The notes below the pieces were generated by a model that ran no database searches, was not told the DNA's origin, and was given only the letters and a program-made list of their open reading frames with translations. Made by a program: the position numbers and the translations under genes. From Camelus ferus (taxonomy: Eukaryota), in NCBI RefSeq assembly GCF_009834535.1, contig NC_045696.1, forward strand, positions 52,764,001 through 52,828,000: 64,000 nt of DNA, read 5' to 3'. Position 1 is the first letter of the stretch; every line of letters starts with the position of its first letter. Below, one piece after another: positions 9,762 through 23,319 of this stretch.

Positions 9762-12723
9762 GGCACTAAGACTTGCCTCTACAAAAATCACCTCAGAGTA
9801 TTTTCGTGACTCAGAATTACTCAGTGGAAGGTTATTCTAAGTTTTGCTAAGTTAAATAATGTAGAGACATGTATAACTCTTAGAAACCCAGGCTTTTGTT
9901 TAGATAATTTATTTTAACCCAAGTATTGACCTGGTCCATTTGATTTTTTTTTTTTTCAGTTTATTAACTTTTATTAGATCCCCACACAAGGCAGCTGACA
10001 GGCTTTTGATTAGTTACAATTTTTGTTCCTGCCAATGGTGATAGTATACAGAGAAAAGGTTTACACTGAGCACATCCATCCTTTTCAAATTTCCTTCCAA
10101 TTTCTGTTTTCTAAATACCCTCTATTAGAAGGTAAACAATTCCCATAAGAAACAAAGCAATGCTGCCAGATCTTGAAGCATCTGATGCTGTTCCTTTCCC
10201 CTCTAAATTCCTAAGTTGATTCTGATAAAAATTCTGGACAAGTCATACTCTGCCCTGATCCTGGTTTTCATAGATGAGCTTTGCCAGCTGACTCTTTAGT
10301 GTTATGCATTCACTTGCATATAGAATTTTCTAGCAAGGAAGAGAAAATTGTATCAAAGCCTTCAAAATAATGAAGATCATGGAAATAAGTGATCTTAGGA
10401 GATACAACCTACACCTTGGTAAGTCTGCTCAGGTATGTGTGCAGCTGCTTTCCACAAGAAAAAGGTCTATAAGGAAATGCATAAAAAAGTCAAAAGGAAA
10501 GCATCAACAACATATAAAAAAATGTAAGCAGTTTTAATTTATTCTGAGTTGGCCTAAGTCCCACAGAAGACTTTGCAAATATCTGGGACTCAGTCTTGTT
10601 CTGATTATGTTCTCATCAGATGTGAGATAAGGTGTTGGAAAAAGGTCATCCAGGTTGGAAACATATTGGCAGGATATTACTTTAGGAATTCTGTTTTACC
10701 CCAAAGATTTTTTTGGTAAGATAAATGCTTTAATTTCTTTCCCAGATCTATGCTTCAAAGCAACATGCCTATGATCTGATACTGACTGTACCAGAATACT
10801 TTGAAGAAGTTAAATATAGGGATTACTGTTTAAAAAATAAAAAACTAGGTTGAGGACACATTAAAAAGGCTTTGACCTTGACAAATGATTCTTTCAAGTG
10901 GTAATAAGATCATATTCTGGGAATTAGGCCCAATATGCAATTGACAGCAAAACCACAGCCATGTCTGCATGAAGTAAATTCTTTTGACCGAGCTGTAATA
11001 TTTGGATCTAACATGTTCAGTCATGATGTAATACAATTTGATCTCTTTGAAGATGAAGGGTTTCTAGAATAGAACGTTTTGTTCCCACCATCCTACTCAC
11101 ACTTTGCTCATGCTTCAGTCTTTTCTGCCATCATCCACCCAGTGGTTTTGTTCAGAAATCTAGAAAGCACCCTGCTTCCTCTTTTTCTCATGTAGCATTT
11201 AATTCATAAGCAAACCTGCGGATGTGGATTCCAGAAGAGAATAAGGATAAAACTTGTGTCTGCTCCTCTGACCAAGCCTACACTTTCCTTAGGCATTTTG
11301 AGGCGATCTAAGGTGTTTCCCCCCTCCCCCATAGTGGTCTCTTTCCATATTTGGCTCAAAAGATAGATCAAGGAGGGATTGCCAAACTCTCTGTCTCAAC
11401 TCCCTAGGGAAAAGCACATTGGAGCTCTCAAAAATGCATTATTTCCAATCTCAGCCAGCCCCAGGAAGGCAGGTTCTGCAGCTGGCATGAAAGCCTGAGC
11501 AACAGGAAAATCAGATTAATGAATGATTTCCATACAGCATTCCTAAGATCACCACAAATTCCATTAACTTTTTTTTTTTTTACCTTCCATACATTGTCTG
11601 TTGTCATGGAAACACAGCTTCTGCTAAGCCACCTATAAAAATAATTTAATGATTGGTGACCCTTCTAGCTAAACGTTAGCTAATGAACATTAAAAATGTG
11701 GGCTTTTTTCATTTCAAAAAACCTCACTTTTTTCCCCCTAAGTGATTGAAACTCAAGCCTGCCTATCATGTAGGAAAAGCCTGCATCCACACTCACCACC
11801 TCTTTCGGTCACATATCTACTCCTCCTGTGTAATTGTGATTTTGCCCTTCCCTCCTGGAAAGAAATTCACAGTCATTGTGAATGAGGACAAGATTACAGC
11901 TACGAGAATGAGGAGTCATTAAATGTTCTTGATGAGTTCTAGTAAAGTGGCGAGGATGTTTTGAACGTGCATTTTCTAGCAGATTGGCTACCTGATTTCT
12001 TTTCTTATAGGTATATTGTTGATAATTATAGCATATTTAGTGTCACAGATGATACCTTACTAAGTACATTTTTGATGAAGCAAGATGCCTCCATACAAAG
12101 AAGAATGTTGCTGGTTATTATTACATCACATATAATCAGGCTATGAAGGCACGTGGGATTGTCACAAGAACATTAAAGTAATTTTATTGTTTCATTATCC
12201 AAAGAATACTCTTTCATTGTAGAAGAGTAGAAAATAGGAAAAAAGAAATTAAAACGAATCTACAGTTTACCACCTGGAATCGAGCATTTTAACATTTAGA
12301 GATAGAAATTCATATAGTCTGCCTGCCTGCTTATCTGCCGCCCTCCCTTCCCATATACTATCCACTTATCTATCCGTCTATATTCACATGTGTATATTGA
12401 TATATACTTAAAACTAAAGTAGGCTCGTGCGTACATACTATTTTGTAAACTGCTTTCCACACTGCAGACACTTTCATACAGACGGCTAAGTAAGAGAGGA
12501 CTTTAGAATTCATGGTTCACATTGCTGCTTCAGTGAAGCCTGAGATAAAAGGGAAAATGTGCAATTCTGTATACACTTATTAAAACATCATCCTGTATTT
12601 TGAACCAAATGGGAAGGTTAATAACAGCTCTATGATTAAAAAAAAAAAACTATATGGAAAGTGCCACTCTACCTGACCAATTGGCACACCAGCACCAGTT
12701 AGCCCTCACAAACCTACCTGCTG

Positions 12724-13023
12724 ATAGGGCCAGAATGCTGAGGGCTGATGGGAAAGGGCTGGCACTATTGGGCAATCATGCAGGGTCCTGAAACAAACAA
12801 ACAGCAAAAACAAACAAACAACATGTTTTTTAATTTGAAATTTTGATATTTCATTTATCATAGACACTTTTTACATTCATTTTGATTTTTAAAATATTAC
12901 ATTAATTTTGATTTTAAAATATTTCAAAATAAAAAATATTTAAAATATTAAAAGTTCAATATTATTTACCTTGATTACTAATTTTTTGAGTCACCTCACT
13001 CACCTCACCCTAACCCGGCCCTG
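12724..13023. mobile_element. hAT-Tip100 DNA transposon remnant (MER96B-like)
   Basis: Ends TAGGGCCAG... and ...CTCACCCTAACCCGGCCCTG form degenerate terminal inverted repeats (TIRs) around an AT-rich core. Confidence 0.55.
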
Positions 13024-14399
13024 GTGTTCCCAAAGGGAATGCTAGAATTGTGTTCTCTAGATGAACATTTTCTAATGACAGTTGGACAGCTGTGATTATG
13101 TGAGGTCTTTGTGATCCCCAGGGAATGCAAGACTAGAGAGTGGGTTGGTGCCTGAGGACCTGGGAATTAAGGGTCTAATATTCCTAGAAGTTTCCTTGCT
13201 TTCAAGAGAAGGTATAGATGATGAAACATCTGGATGTAGACAAGGTGGAGTGGTTCCAAGCTGATTGGGGCTGGGGCGAACTGGACAATTCATGACCTAT
13301 CTAAACATTCTGAAAATAAATTAAATAGTAAACAAGAATAACCCTGGGCTGCCAAACCGAGCCACCAGTTTGCGATATCTGGTGGGTTTTATCACCTGTC
13401 GGACCTGCATTTGTCTGGGAAGAGCATGTTATGAAGCAAGACTCCATCACTACAAAGCTTGTGTTCATGAAGGGCTCACTGATGACCACACCGTGGGTAC
13501 AAATTTGTTTTTAAACTATAGATAAGGCAAAGACGGATATTTCATTTCATACATCAAAGTAAAAAGAAGGTAGCTCTCTCTTTTGGAATTTTTTTTTTAA
13601 GCACGTAGAGAAGAATTATGCTTCTTAAAAATTTCTTTTCCACCGTGTTGGGAAAGAAAGACGCAGGGTGGAAACAAGTGGAGGAAATTTTGTATGTGTC
13701 TTTCTTTGTTTTTCTACCCATTTGGTCCTCCCCTCTTCTTCTTTACTAGGTAAAGACAGGGCCTAGAGGGCCTGGAGGGGGATGTTCAGTGGCACTTGAG
13801 GGGGTGGGGTGGGGTCCCTGGGTCCCAGCTCTCACAGCAGCAAGAGTCAGACTCTAACCATCACCTCCACCTGGCGGGGAACGGGCCTCCAACTTAGTGT
13901 AGAGGGATCACGACAGAGCTCTGCAAGGCTGCTCCTGCTGACTTTCTGACCTCCCGCCAGTCTGGATTTAAGAACCCTGCCTTCCCCTCCCTGACATAGC
14001 CCACCCTGTCTGCATGGACAGCTCCTGCCAGGCTGTAAACGGCTTAGATGAGGGATTTTTGTCCTGCTTAGTCTTGTACTCTAGTTACCCAAGTGTCCGG
14101 AAATAGCAGGCAGATATGAAATAAATGCTTCAAGAACGCATGAATAGATTGCATGCATAGATGACTGAATAATGAATGAAAGGGCTTTGACTCTTGCCTG
14201 TCACTCTACCTCCTTTTCCCTTCCTTTGGTTTTTGCAAAATTCGCATGGGAGCTCCAAGTTGCAACCAGGCCCCTTGTCCAAGAAGAGGATGAAGTATTT
14301 CCCTGAGAACCTAGCAGTCTCAAGGATCAGACCCAATGATGAACTTGAGTAGCAATGGCCAAATGACTTTCACAAGTTTGGACTCTGTCCCTAAATGGT

Positions 14400-14800
14400 G
14401 GCTGAATGACTCCAGTCACATCTCATTGTCCCTCCTTGCTCCACTCTTTGCAGCTTGGTCCTCCATTGCTGCTTCTGCCCTCTCTGCTCCCTCTGTTCGG
14501 AATGCTCTTCCCTATATGCCCACATGGCTCTTTCAGGTCTTTTCTCAACTGTCACCTGCTCATCAAAGCCTTCCATGACCAGCTTGCCCAGTATTTTCTA
14601 TCACTCTTTCCTATGAGAGTATTTCAAGTAGAGATAAGTCTCGTCTCCAATAAAATTTCACCCAATTGCTTTATTCTCCTGTCTTACATCACTAGACATA
14701 AGTTTCATGAAATTAAGAGCTTTCCCTGTTTTGTTTCAGTCTCCAGCTGTTAAAACACTGCTGATATCAAGCAAGATCTCAATAAGTGGCAAATAAATAA
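14400..14800 (+). mobile_element. L2 3' region remnant
   Basis: CCCTCTGTTCGGAATGCTCTTCCC...CTCAACTGTCACCTGCTCATCAAAGCCTTCCATGACC...CTCAATAAG. Confidence 0.65.
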
Positions 14801-14959
14801 ATCTCAAAATAGTAATTACACATTTTACTTTAAGCCTTTTACTCGGTTCTTGAATTTGGTACATACTTTTTGATCTTCTCACTTTTAAAACTAGTCCCTC
14901 CTAACAACAGCGTTATCCATGGACCACTGTCTCATAACATTACTTAGCAGTGGGTGTCT

Positions 14960-15450
14960 TCTTCCTGCCCACCCAGTGTCCCTTCACAGTCCTCTGGCAA
15001 CAGGCAACCTCTTTCTTATGTTGAATCAATGCTGTTTAGTCTCAGTGGAGCTGACCCTGAATCTTTTCTTCTCTTCTGCAACATAGAATAGACACAAGAA
15101 GCAGGCCTGGCCAATCAGACTGTACATCTCCTGGACACAGTGGTTTGTTTAATTACAGGTTTGTGACTTAAAATCAGTCCTCCTGTGGAATCTTTTCCAG
15201 AGCTAGCAGGAAAAAAACCTATTTCCTGGTAGGATGCCTAGACAAGTGATGCATTTCACAGAAGATGACTGTTTTCTCACTAACTGGAGAGAGCCTGCTC
15301 CCAAAATGGAAAGAGACAGAATCCTGGTAACATTGTTTGGTCATCTAGTTTTAACAACACCTGAAGCAAGTACTATTATTCTTGGGCTTTTCAGTTACGT
15401 GTGTTAATACCCTTTTTTGCTTAAGCTAGTTTGAATTGCGCTTCTGTGGG
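14960..15450 (+). mobile_element. Old ERVL/MaLR LTR remnant
   Basis: CAGGCCTGGCCAATCAGA and the 3' end GCTTAAGCTAGTTTGAATTG...TTCTGT. Confidence 0.5.
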
Positions 15451-16074
15451 GTACAATTTAAAAGATTCGTGATATATCAGACCCTCCATCCTTGTCCCAG
15501 CCCAGATAACCTCCCACCCAGCTGGTCCTGGTTTCTTGCCCCCTGGACTTTTTCACACTATCAATGGCATAAGCATGGTGATCTGCTGCCCAGTGTGTAT
15601 AGCATATCCTCATCCTTTCCCCACACGTTGGTCAGATATTTTCAAGATTTAATGCACAAACTGAAAACGCTGAGAGATGACACCATTATGTCTACTGAGG
15701 AGAAAAACATGATAATATCTGGCTAAGGTCGGAAGTGAGGTTCAGTGAGGTCAGTGATACTTTCCTCATCTCAAAGCTCTGAGTGAAAGTCATAACGATG
15801 TTATATGTTTAGAAGAACGGGATACTGGCTGTGATCTAATCTTGAAACCATAGGTATCTCCCTCAGAAATTGAACCTTGCTTTACATCAGAACAGCATAT
15901 GGTATGAAAGTAATTATACATCTTAATTAACACAAATCATTTCCTACTAGCAAACTATGTTGAACAAATATTTTTAAATATTTACTCTCGGCATATTACT
16001 GTTGTGCTCCAATAGAGTGGGTGTTTAACGAAGTAAAAATTAGTATAACTTTTTTTTTGCCTAGAGTAGAAAAC

Positions 16075-16172
16075 ACTATATATGCACAAATATATGTATA
16101 TATGCATATGCACATATATGTATACATACATATTTAATATGCACATGGTACATATATATACATGTATATAAT
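16075..16172. repeat. Degenerate (TA/CA/TG)n low-complexity tract
   Basis: TATATATGCACAAATATATGTATATATGCATATGCACATATATGTATACATAC... Confidence 0.85.
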
Positions 16173-16679
16173 AATTTGATAAGGCTGTAGAAAGGGAGAT
16201 AAGAGGTAAAAATTGAAAACAAAAATGAAAACAAAAACCTCACCTTAACAGCTATAACACAGAACCAATTGTCACTAATATCTATCCTGGATCTTTTCCA
16301 AAGGAATTAGCATCTAGGAAGAGCTCATTTTACCAGGGCATCACTTAAAGCAGGGATGATGAGCCAGCACCCCAGGCCTGCTCTGGAAAGGGGCTTTACT
16401 GTTTTCCTGAGCAGGCAAAGTCGTGTTGTTCTTTCCTCTCCTTCTTGCTGGTCTTTTCTCCAAACAGTCTGTGAGGCATACGTTGACGCTGTTGCATTAT
16501 GTTGTGTATTAATAAGTTCAAGTCCTTATCTGCTACTTCCAAGCCATTACCAGGGCAACTGAAATGAACTCACTTTTCCTACTTACACATGCTCAATTTT
16601 TGTTTTCTGACTACTCCACAGGAGCCTAGAAGCTACTACAGGTTCAAACCATCATCAATTGATGCCACAGAAATGTATC

Positions 16680-17135
16680 ACACATTTGTTCTGCCCTAAA
16701 CGCAGGAGGCAGCACAAGAAATAAGACACGGTCCATGCCGATAAAGGACACTGACGTGAGATGAGGGCAGCGCAGGCTTGTGAGGGCTGCCGCAGAGGAA
16801 TCAGCGTGCTGTGAGAACCAGCTGCAGGTGTGCCTAAACTGTGCGGAGACAGAGAAAGGCTTCCTGGAGAAGGAGAAATCAGAGGTGTTTAGTCTTAAGC
16901 AATGAGGAAGCATGTTGGATGAAGAAGTAGGAGAAAAATATTCCAGCCAGAGAGACCACCCTTACACCGACCTAACGACACAAAATAATTTGATAGAACT
17001 GTAAATGATAAGAGGTCTGTATGTCTGAAGATTAGATTACAAGGGTGATTCTGAACGCAAAAGAGGCTGGGAAAAGTGCTGGAGCTATTTGTAAAACGTT
17101 TAGAAAACTGACTAAGGAGTTTGGACTGTATCATA
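16680..17135 (-). mobile_element. L2 remnant
   Basis: GAAAGGCTTCCTGGAGAAGGAG ... AAGGAGTTTGGACTGTATC. Confidence 0.55.
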
Positions 17136-17279
17136 TAAATAATTGGTTTATAGGGACTCGACTATTAAAATCCATCTGGGATGGAATTCAAGGGGTTTGT
17201 AAACTTATACACGGAAAATAAAATATATCCTTATTTTACTGATTATTATGTGAAACCTAGTGTATCCTTCCTTCTGTCT

Positions 17280-17642
17280 TTGTCTCCTTGGACTGCTAAA
17301 ACAGCATGCCAGAGGCTGAATGGCTTAAACAACATTTCTCGTAGATCTGGAGGCTGGGAAGTCCAAGGTCAAGGTGACAGCAGATTTGATTCTTGGTGAG
17401 GGCCCTCTTCCTGACTTAGAGCTGGCTACCTTCTTGCTGTATTCCCACACGGCAGAGAAAGAGGGAGCTCTGCTGTCTCTTCCTCATCTTATAAGGGCAC
17501 TAATCCCACTGCAGGGGCTTCTCCCTCATAATCTCATTCAAATCTATTTGCCTTCCATAGGCCCAACTTTTGATACTGTAATGTTGTGGGTTAGGGCTTC
17601 AGCATATGAATTTGGAGGGGAAACAAATACTGTGTCATAACA
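17280..17642 (-). mobile_element. MaLR solo LTR (MLT1A-like), apparently inserted in an older hAT-Charlie-like element (~17150-18015)
   Basis: CTGGAGGCTGGGAAGTCCAAGGTCAAGGTG...CTTATAAGGGCACTAATCCC...GGGTTAGGGCTTCAGCATATGAATTTGG...CATAACA. Confidence 0.85.
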
Positions 17643-18082
17643 CCTTCTATTATTAATGTAGCTAACAAAATACAGTAGTACTGGCAATATCTGTGACCCT
17701 GTCATCAAAAGAAATCATCAAAAGAAAATTTCATATTACACTTGTTACAGATATCTTAAAAAATGTTTATGCTAATCACATCTTCAAAATTTTGGCAATG
17801 AGATCTACTGCTACATCTTGTTATTAACAAAGGAACACATTGATAATTGTATCACAAATTTTAGAAAAAGTTCAATAATGTATTTCACAATAATTTGTGC
17901 CTTAAGTGCATGCACATTATTTTATTATTTTTTGACAATAGTTTGAGAAGGGGAGTAAAGGGTGCTTATACTTAACAGCTGACAAAGGAGCTATGGAACA
18001 AAAAGGGCTAAGGACTTTATATTAGAGATGGAGACTGAATTTGTGGTTTAAAAAGGAAACTGACAATACTGCAGAACACAGG

Positions 18083-18116
18083 GAAGCTGTGAAGCTGTGA
18101 AGCTGTGAAGATGAAG
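18083..18116. repeat. (GAAGCTGT)3 short tandem repeat
   Basis: GAAGCTGTGAAGCTGTGAAGCTGTGAAGATGAAG. Confidence 0.9.
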
Positions 18117-18129
18117 ACTTTATTTATGA

Positions 18130-19510
18130 GGCTAAAGGTATTGTTTAGGTGAGAAGTGATGGGGAATGAACAGAAACGCAGGAGGTAAGAGTGAGAAGAA
18201 GGAAGCTGCAGGAAGAAGTGAGGAGGAGAGGATGAGGCAGTGGAACCAGCAAGTACAAAGGCCTGAAGTTCTAGTCCATGTTCTAGGAAACAGAAACAGA
18301 GGAGTCTGGCTAGTGGTGATGAGCAGAGGGGAGGGTGGGACAGTGTGAAACCGTCAGGGTAGAATGGGCCAGGTCATTAGGTCATTGTAGCCTCGATAAG
18401 GAGATTGTACCTGACACTAAGGAGAGTGGGTAAACACTTAAGGAAGTCGAAGTCAGGGGAGTCAATGTGATTTGATGTATCTTATAAAAAGGGAACATAA
18501 TTATGTAAAGGGAAGGGAGAATGGCAGGCAAAAAAGAATGGAAGTGGGAGGCCAAGTGAAAGATGATGGTGGCTGGGACAGGGGAATTGGTGGTGGAGAA
18601 GGAGGGGAGAGGTTAAATGTGGTGTGATGGTTTAACTGTATGTGTTGACTCGCTGGGCCATAATGTCCGGCTAATTTGACAAACATTATTCTAGGGTTTC
18701 CATGAGGGTGTTTTGGGATGAGATTAACATTTACATTGGAGAGCTCTGAGTAAAGCGGGACACCCTTAAAACTGTGGCGGGGCTTCATCCAATCAGTTGA
18801 AGGCCCAAATAGAACAAAAATGATTAACCCTTCCCCAAGTAAGAGAGTGTTCTCCAGCGGACAGACTGGACTCAGACTGGAACATTAGCCCTTCTGGGTT
18901 TCCAACCTGCCAGCTCACTGCAGATTTTGGACTTGTCAGCTTCCATAATTATGTGAGCCAATCCTTATAATAAATCTCTTTCTCTATGTACATATCCTAT
19001 TGGCTCAAGTTGTCTGGAGAACACTAACTAATACACGTGGTATGGTTAAGGGTTGACTGAACAAATCTTGCTGATCGACTCCATCTGGAGAGCAGGAGAA
19101 AGGGGACTGTTTGAGGATGTTCCTCAAACTTTTGTCGGGAACAACTGGGTCTACAATGATGCAATTCTCTGGGGAAGCAAAGAGTGAGGGAGAAACAGTT
19201 TCAAAAATTAAATGAGTTCAGCTTGGATATGTTAATTTTGAGAAGCCAGCATACATTTAATAGGAGATATCCAGAAGGAAGATGCATTTCTGGATTTCTA
19301 ACAGGGAAGAAATTGCTGAGCTGGAGCTATAAGAGTCATATACTGTAGATAGTATTTCAATCAACCTGGTTAAGCCCTGGGGCGTTCATGGATAGGAGTC
19401 AACAAAGCAAACCAAGAGGCAGCACCTAGAAAGTCAGGAGAAAGGCCATGAAAGCGTAAACTTCTTGAAAAAGAAGAGTGTTTCAAGAAGGAAATGGGGT
19501 CCAATTATTA
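18130..19510 (-). mobile_element. L2 fragment interrupted by an MLT2 LTR
   Basis: Purine-rich L2-like sequence on both sides of the LTR, e.g. AATGAGTTCAGCTTGGATATGTTAATTTTGAG. Confidence 0.6.
18623..19035 (+). mobile_element. ERVL solo LTR (MLT2-like, probably MLT2D)
   Basis: TG...CA termini (TGTGATGGTTTAA ... CTAACTAATACA), CCAATCAGTTGAAGGCC, AATAAATCTCTTTCTCT; 5-bp TSD TGTGG/CGTGG. Confidence 0.9.
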
Positions 19511-19539
19511 AATATAAACTTTAGGGATGTATAATATAC

Positions 19540-21015
19540 ATATAATTAGATGCATGTATTTAACTGTGCTTACTCAATAAGCTTTGGCAAATGCATACAC
19601 CTACCACTCATTAACAATCAAGATATAGACTAGTTTGATTACCCCTCAAAGGTTCCTTTTCTGCCCTTTCCCAGTCCATTTCTAACCCTATCCCAACTCC
19701 CCAGCAACCACCAATCTTCCTTCTATCACTATGTATTTGTCTTTTCCAGATTTTCATATAAAAAGAATCATATTGTATGCACTCTTGTGTCTGGCTTCTC
19801 TCAAGCAGCATCTTTTTGAGATTCATCCTGGTTGTTTAATGTACCAGTAGCTCATGCCTTTGCACTGCTGACTATTATTCTACTGTGTAAATACACTATA
19901 AATTGTTAGCCACTCACCCATTGCTGTGTATTTGGATTATTTCTGGTTTGAGGCTATTGTGAATTAAATTGCTATTAGCATTTATGTACAAGTCTTTGTG
20001 TTAACATATGTTTTTTATTTCTTTTGGGTAGTTAAATAACTAAGAGTGACATTGCTGGATCATATAGTAAATGAATATTTAATTTTTTTAAGAAGCTGAC
20101 AAACTGTTTTCCCAAGTGGTTATATCATTTTTTATTCTAATCAGCAATGTAGCAGAGTCCCACTTGCTCCAAATCATCCCTCACCAATGCACCTGATAAT
20201 GTCAGTCTTTATAATTTTAAACATTTTAGTGGGTGTGTAGAGGTAGCTCACTGTACGTTTAATTTGCCTTTCGTGGTCAAAATCCCAGCACGTTCTTTAG
20301 GGGAAAACTGACAAGTTGATTTTTAAATTTATTTGGAAAGGCAAAAAGACCTAAAATAGGCAATATAATTTTGAGAAAGAATTAGCTTGTACTATGTACT
20401 ATAAATACAAATGTAAAATTTACTATAAAGCTGCAGTAATCAGGACAGTATGGTATTGCCACGTGGACAAGAACGCTGAATTCAGAAGTAGACCTATAGT
20501 TATATGTTCAGCTGATTTTTGATAAAAAGTCAAGATAATTCAATGGGGAAAAGGATAAAGGTTTCAATAAAAGGCACTAGAGAATGAATAACTGAATGGA
20601 ATAAAATAAATCTCAACTCTTACACCAGATCACATACAAAATTTAACTCAGACTGTATAGTAGATTTAAATGTAAAAGCTAAAATGATAAAACATCTAAA
20701 AAAATAAGAGAAAATCTTTGTAGTCTTGGAATAGGCAAAGGTTTCCTACATAGAATACAAAAAGCATGATTTATAAAAGAAAGAATTGGTTGAATGTCAT
20801 CAAAATTTGAAACATCTGATCTCCAAAGACTGTATAAAGAAAATGAAGAGACAAAGTACAGATTGAGAAAAATATTGAGAGAAAATTCTAACAACTTAGT
20901 ATTAAGAGTACATTTAAGATATATAAAATATATATAATATATAAATGATCCAATGAAATGCTGGCCAAAAGATTTTAACAGGGATTTCATGCAAATAGCC
21001 ATCAAAATAGCTCTA
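19540..21015 (-). mobile_element. Old L1M element with an inverted 5' part (3' end on - at 19540-20270; ORF2 segment on + at ~20275-21015)
   Basis: L1M 3' sequence in reverse, then forward ORF2-like sequence (TACTATAAAGCTGCAGTAATCAGGACAGTATGGTATTG...). Confidence 0.8.
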
Positions 21016-22709
21016 AATAACAGCTTCTTTTATAAATAAGTAAATAAGTAAGTAAGTAAATAAAGCAACATTGTCATGTTAGGTACATACTTTACTTGAA
21101 AGTGAATCTCATTTTAGAAACATTAACATACGAAAATCCACATTTTAGGAATCAGGAAACATAATATGCCCCTACCCATCTTCAAATCGTCCACCTTTCA
21201 GGTTGTCACTGTCCTAGCACTCAGGGAGCCCCTCCCCCTCAGCTCCTCTATAAATCTTTTTCAAATATATTAAAGAGGACCATTTCCTCCCATTTTCTAT
21301 GTAGATTCAGAACTGATAACTGTTCCTCCTGTTACCCAAGACTCCCTAAAATCACATATTGGAGAATCTTTCAAACATCTCCAACCTAGTTTAGAAGCCG
21401 TCTTCCAGGTTTACTGTAATTACTTTGTATTTAGTTAAAATGAAATTGCTTAGAAAACTTGAGTAAATATAATGCCACTTGCAAAATGGTGCCTCCCTCC
21501 CTGTCTTTGGCATCCTGCTGGCTGCATGGGTCAGCCCTTACCTGAGAGCATTCTCAAGTTATGTAAAGTAATAGAAAGCTGAATCATGCATCACTGACAC
21601 AATTTCCAGATCATTTCTAATTGCTTGGTCTTTGTATCATACTTCATCATAAGTAAAGGGAAAAGTAGCTGGATTTTCTGCTGATGATAAAATTTACAAT
21701 GCTGACGACTGAAAAAAAGAAAAGAACATGTTCTGATTGGTATGACCGGGTTGAACAGTTAAGAGAGTGAGCAGAGCATAAACCCAGAGTCCTCAAAATC
21801 TGTATTAATACTCTATCCTTATTCCTTTTTCATCTCTCTCCAATTAAGTTGGCTCATTTAGCAAATGAAAGTGGAAATGTTTTTAAAAAGACAAAAACCT
21901 CTCTTACATTTCTGTAAGATGCTTAAAGAAGGAAACATCTGCAAGGAAATGCTGAAGCATCATTATTATAAGTAGGGATTCCTGTACCATTATTCCAGCT
22001 CCAGCTTGCACCTTCAGAAACAATCCTTCTTCCTTCTTTCTTAGCCAGCACTAGACAGAGCTAAACCAGCAGTTGCTGAATTTGGGTGAGAGAAATAGCT
22101 CTGCCCTATTCCCACAACATAGACTTCAGCTCTGCTGACAATGAGGGGACACGTATATTTCAGTGACTTAAGCATATCAGAGGTCCACAATTACACCAGG
22201 CAACATTCCTTTCCTCCAGACAACCACCCTTTTTGAGATTTGGTTATGTAGTGGACTCCTGAGAAATAGGAAGAATTTATCACAAGTGGGTGATAGATTT
22301 CCAATGAGAAGTAAAAGGTGAAAAAGAGAAAGAAATTGAGGGTGGCTGTTGGGTTGTGAGTCTGAGAATTTAGGAGGGTGCTGGTGACAAGGAAGACAGA
22401 TGGAAACGTGTGATCACGGGGACATTTGACATTAGATAAACAACTAGGCTGTTTGCCTCTTTAAGCCCAATTTATTACTACTTAAACTGCATTGATTTTT
22501 GCATGGCAAATATTGACTCATCTTTCAAAAGCCCCAGCTAAAATGTCACCTCCGTGGAGAAGCCTTTCAGACACTCCCCAGGCGTTCAGTTGACTCTCCA
22601 GGGCCCACGGAGTACACAGTGCATATGCTGCTCATGCTGCCATAATATTTCCCATGTTGTAATTTGCTGCTTAGATATTTTCTCTCTTTGACCAGTGAGT
22701 CAGCCTGGC

Positions 22710-23060
22710 AGGGTGAAAAGAGCACTGCTTTGGAACAGACAGACCTGGTTCCAATCCTAGCTCTGTCACTGTAACATAGGGAACTCAGAGAAAACTAGGT
22801 TACATGTGGCATGGGGACACTAGTGATTTTGTGGGATTGTGGTGAAGATTAAATCAGGAATGTACCCAATTTTTGTTGTTGTTGTTGTTGTTTGTTTGTT
22901 TGGTAGGAGAGAGGTAATTTGGTTTATTTACTTATTTTTAATGGAGGTACTGGGGATTGAACCCAGGACCTCATGCATGCTAAGCATAAACTTCATCACC
23001 ACACTATATCCTCCCCTCCAAGAAATGTACCTCAGAGCTTGGCACAAAAGTGGCACTTAA
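22710..23060 (+). mobile_element. MIR remnant split by a SINE insertion
   Basis: GAGCACTGCTTTGGAACAGACAGACCTGGTTCCAATCCTAGCTCTGTCACT ... GTGAAGATTAAAT. Confidence 0.65.
22870..23019 (-). mobile_element. Camelid tRNA-derived SINE (Vic-1 type)
   Basis: ATGGAGGTACTGGGGATTGAACCCAGGACCTCATGCATGCTAAGC with a (GTT)n tail. Flanked by AATGTACC direct repeats. Confidence 0.88.
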
Positions 23061-23319
23061 TTCATGCTCTTCTGGTCTTTTTCATTATCTTGTCAAGATC
23101 ACGTGCTGCTTGAAGGCAGGGACTGGATTCTTGGGATCCCTGGTTCCCGACACAGTGTAGGTGCCCGATAAATGTTTCTTGAATGAATAAGCTGCTCCAC
23201 TGTGTCCCTTAACTCTATGAATGACATTTTCTTGCAGTTACTGTGTAGCCTTTATATGTCCATCTTCACTACACTAGGAGACCCCAAAGGCAGTGGACTG
23301 TTAATACCTGTACCGCCAG

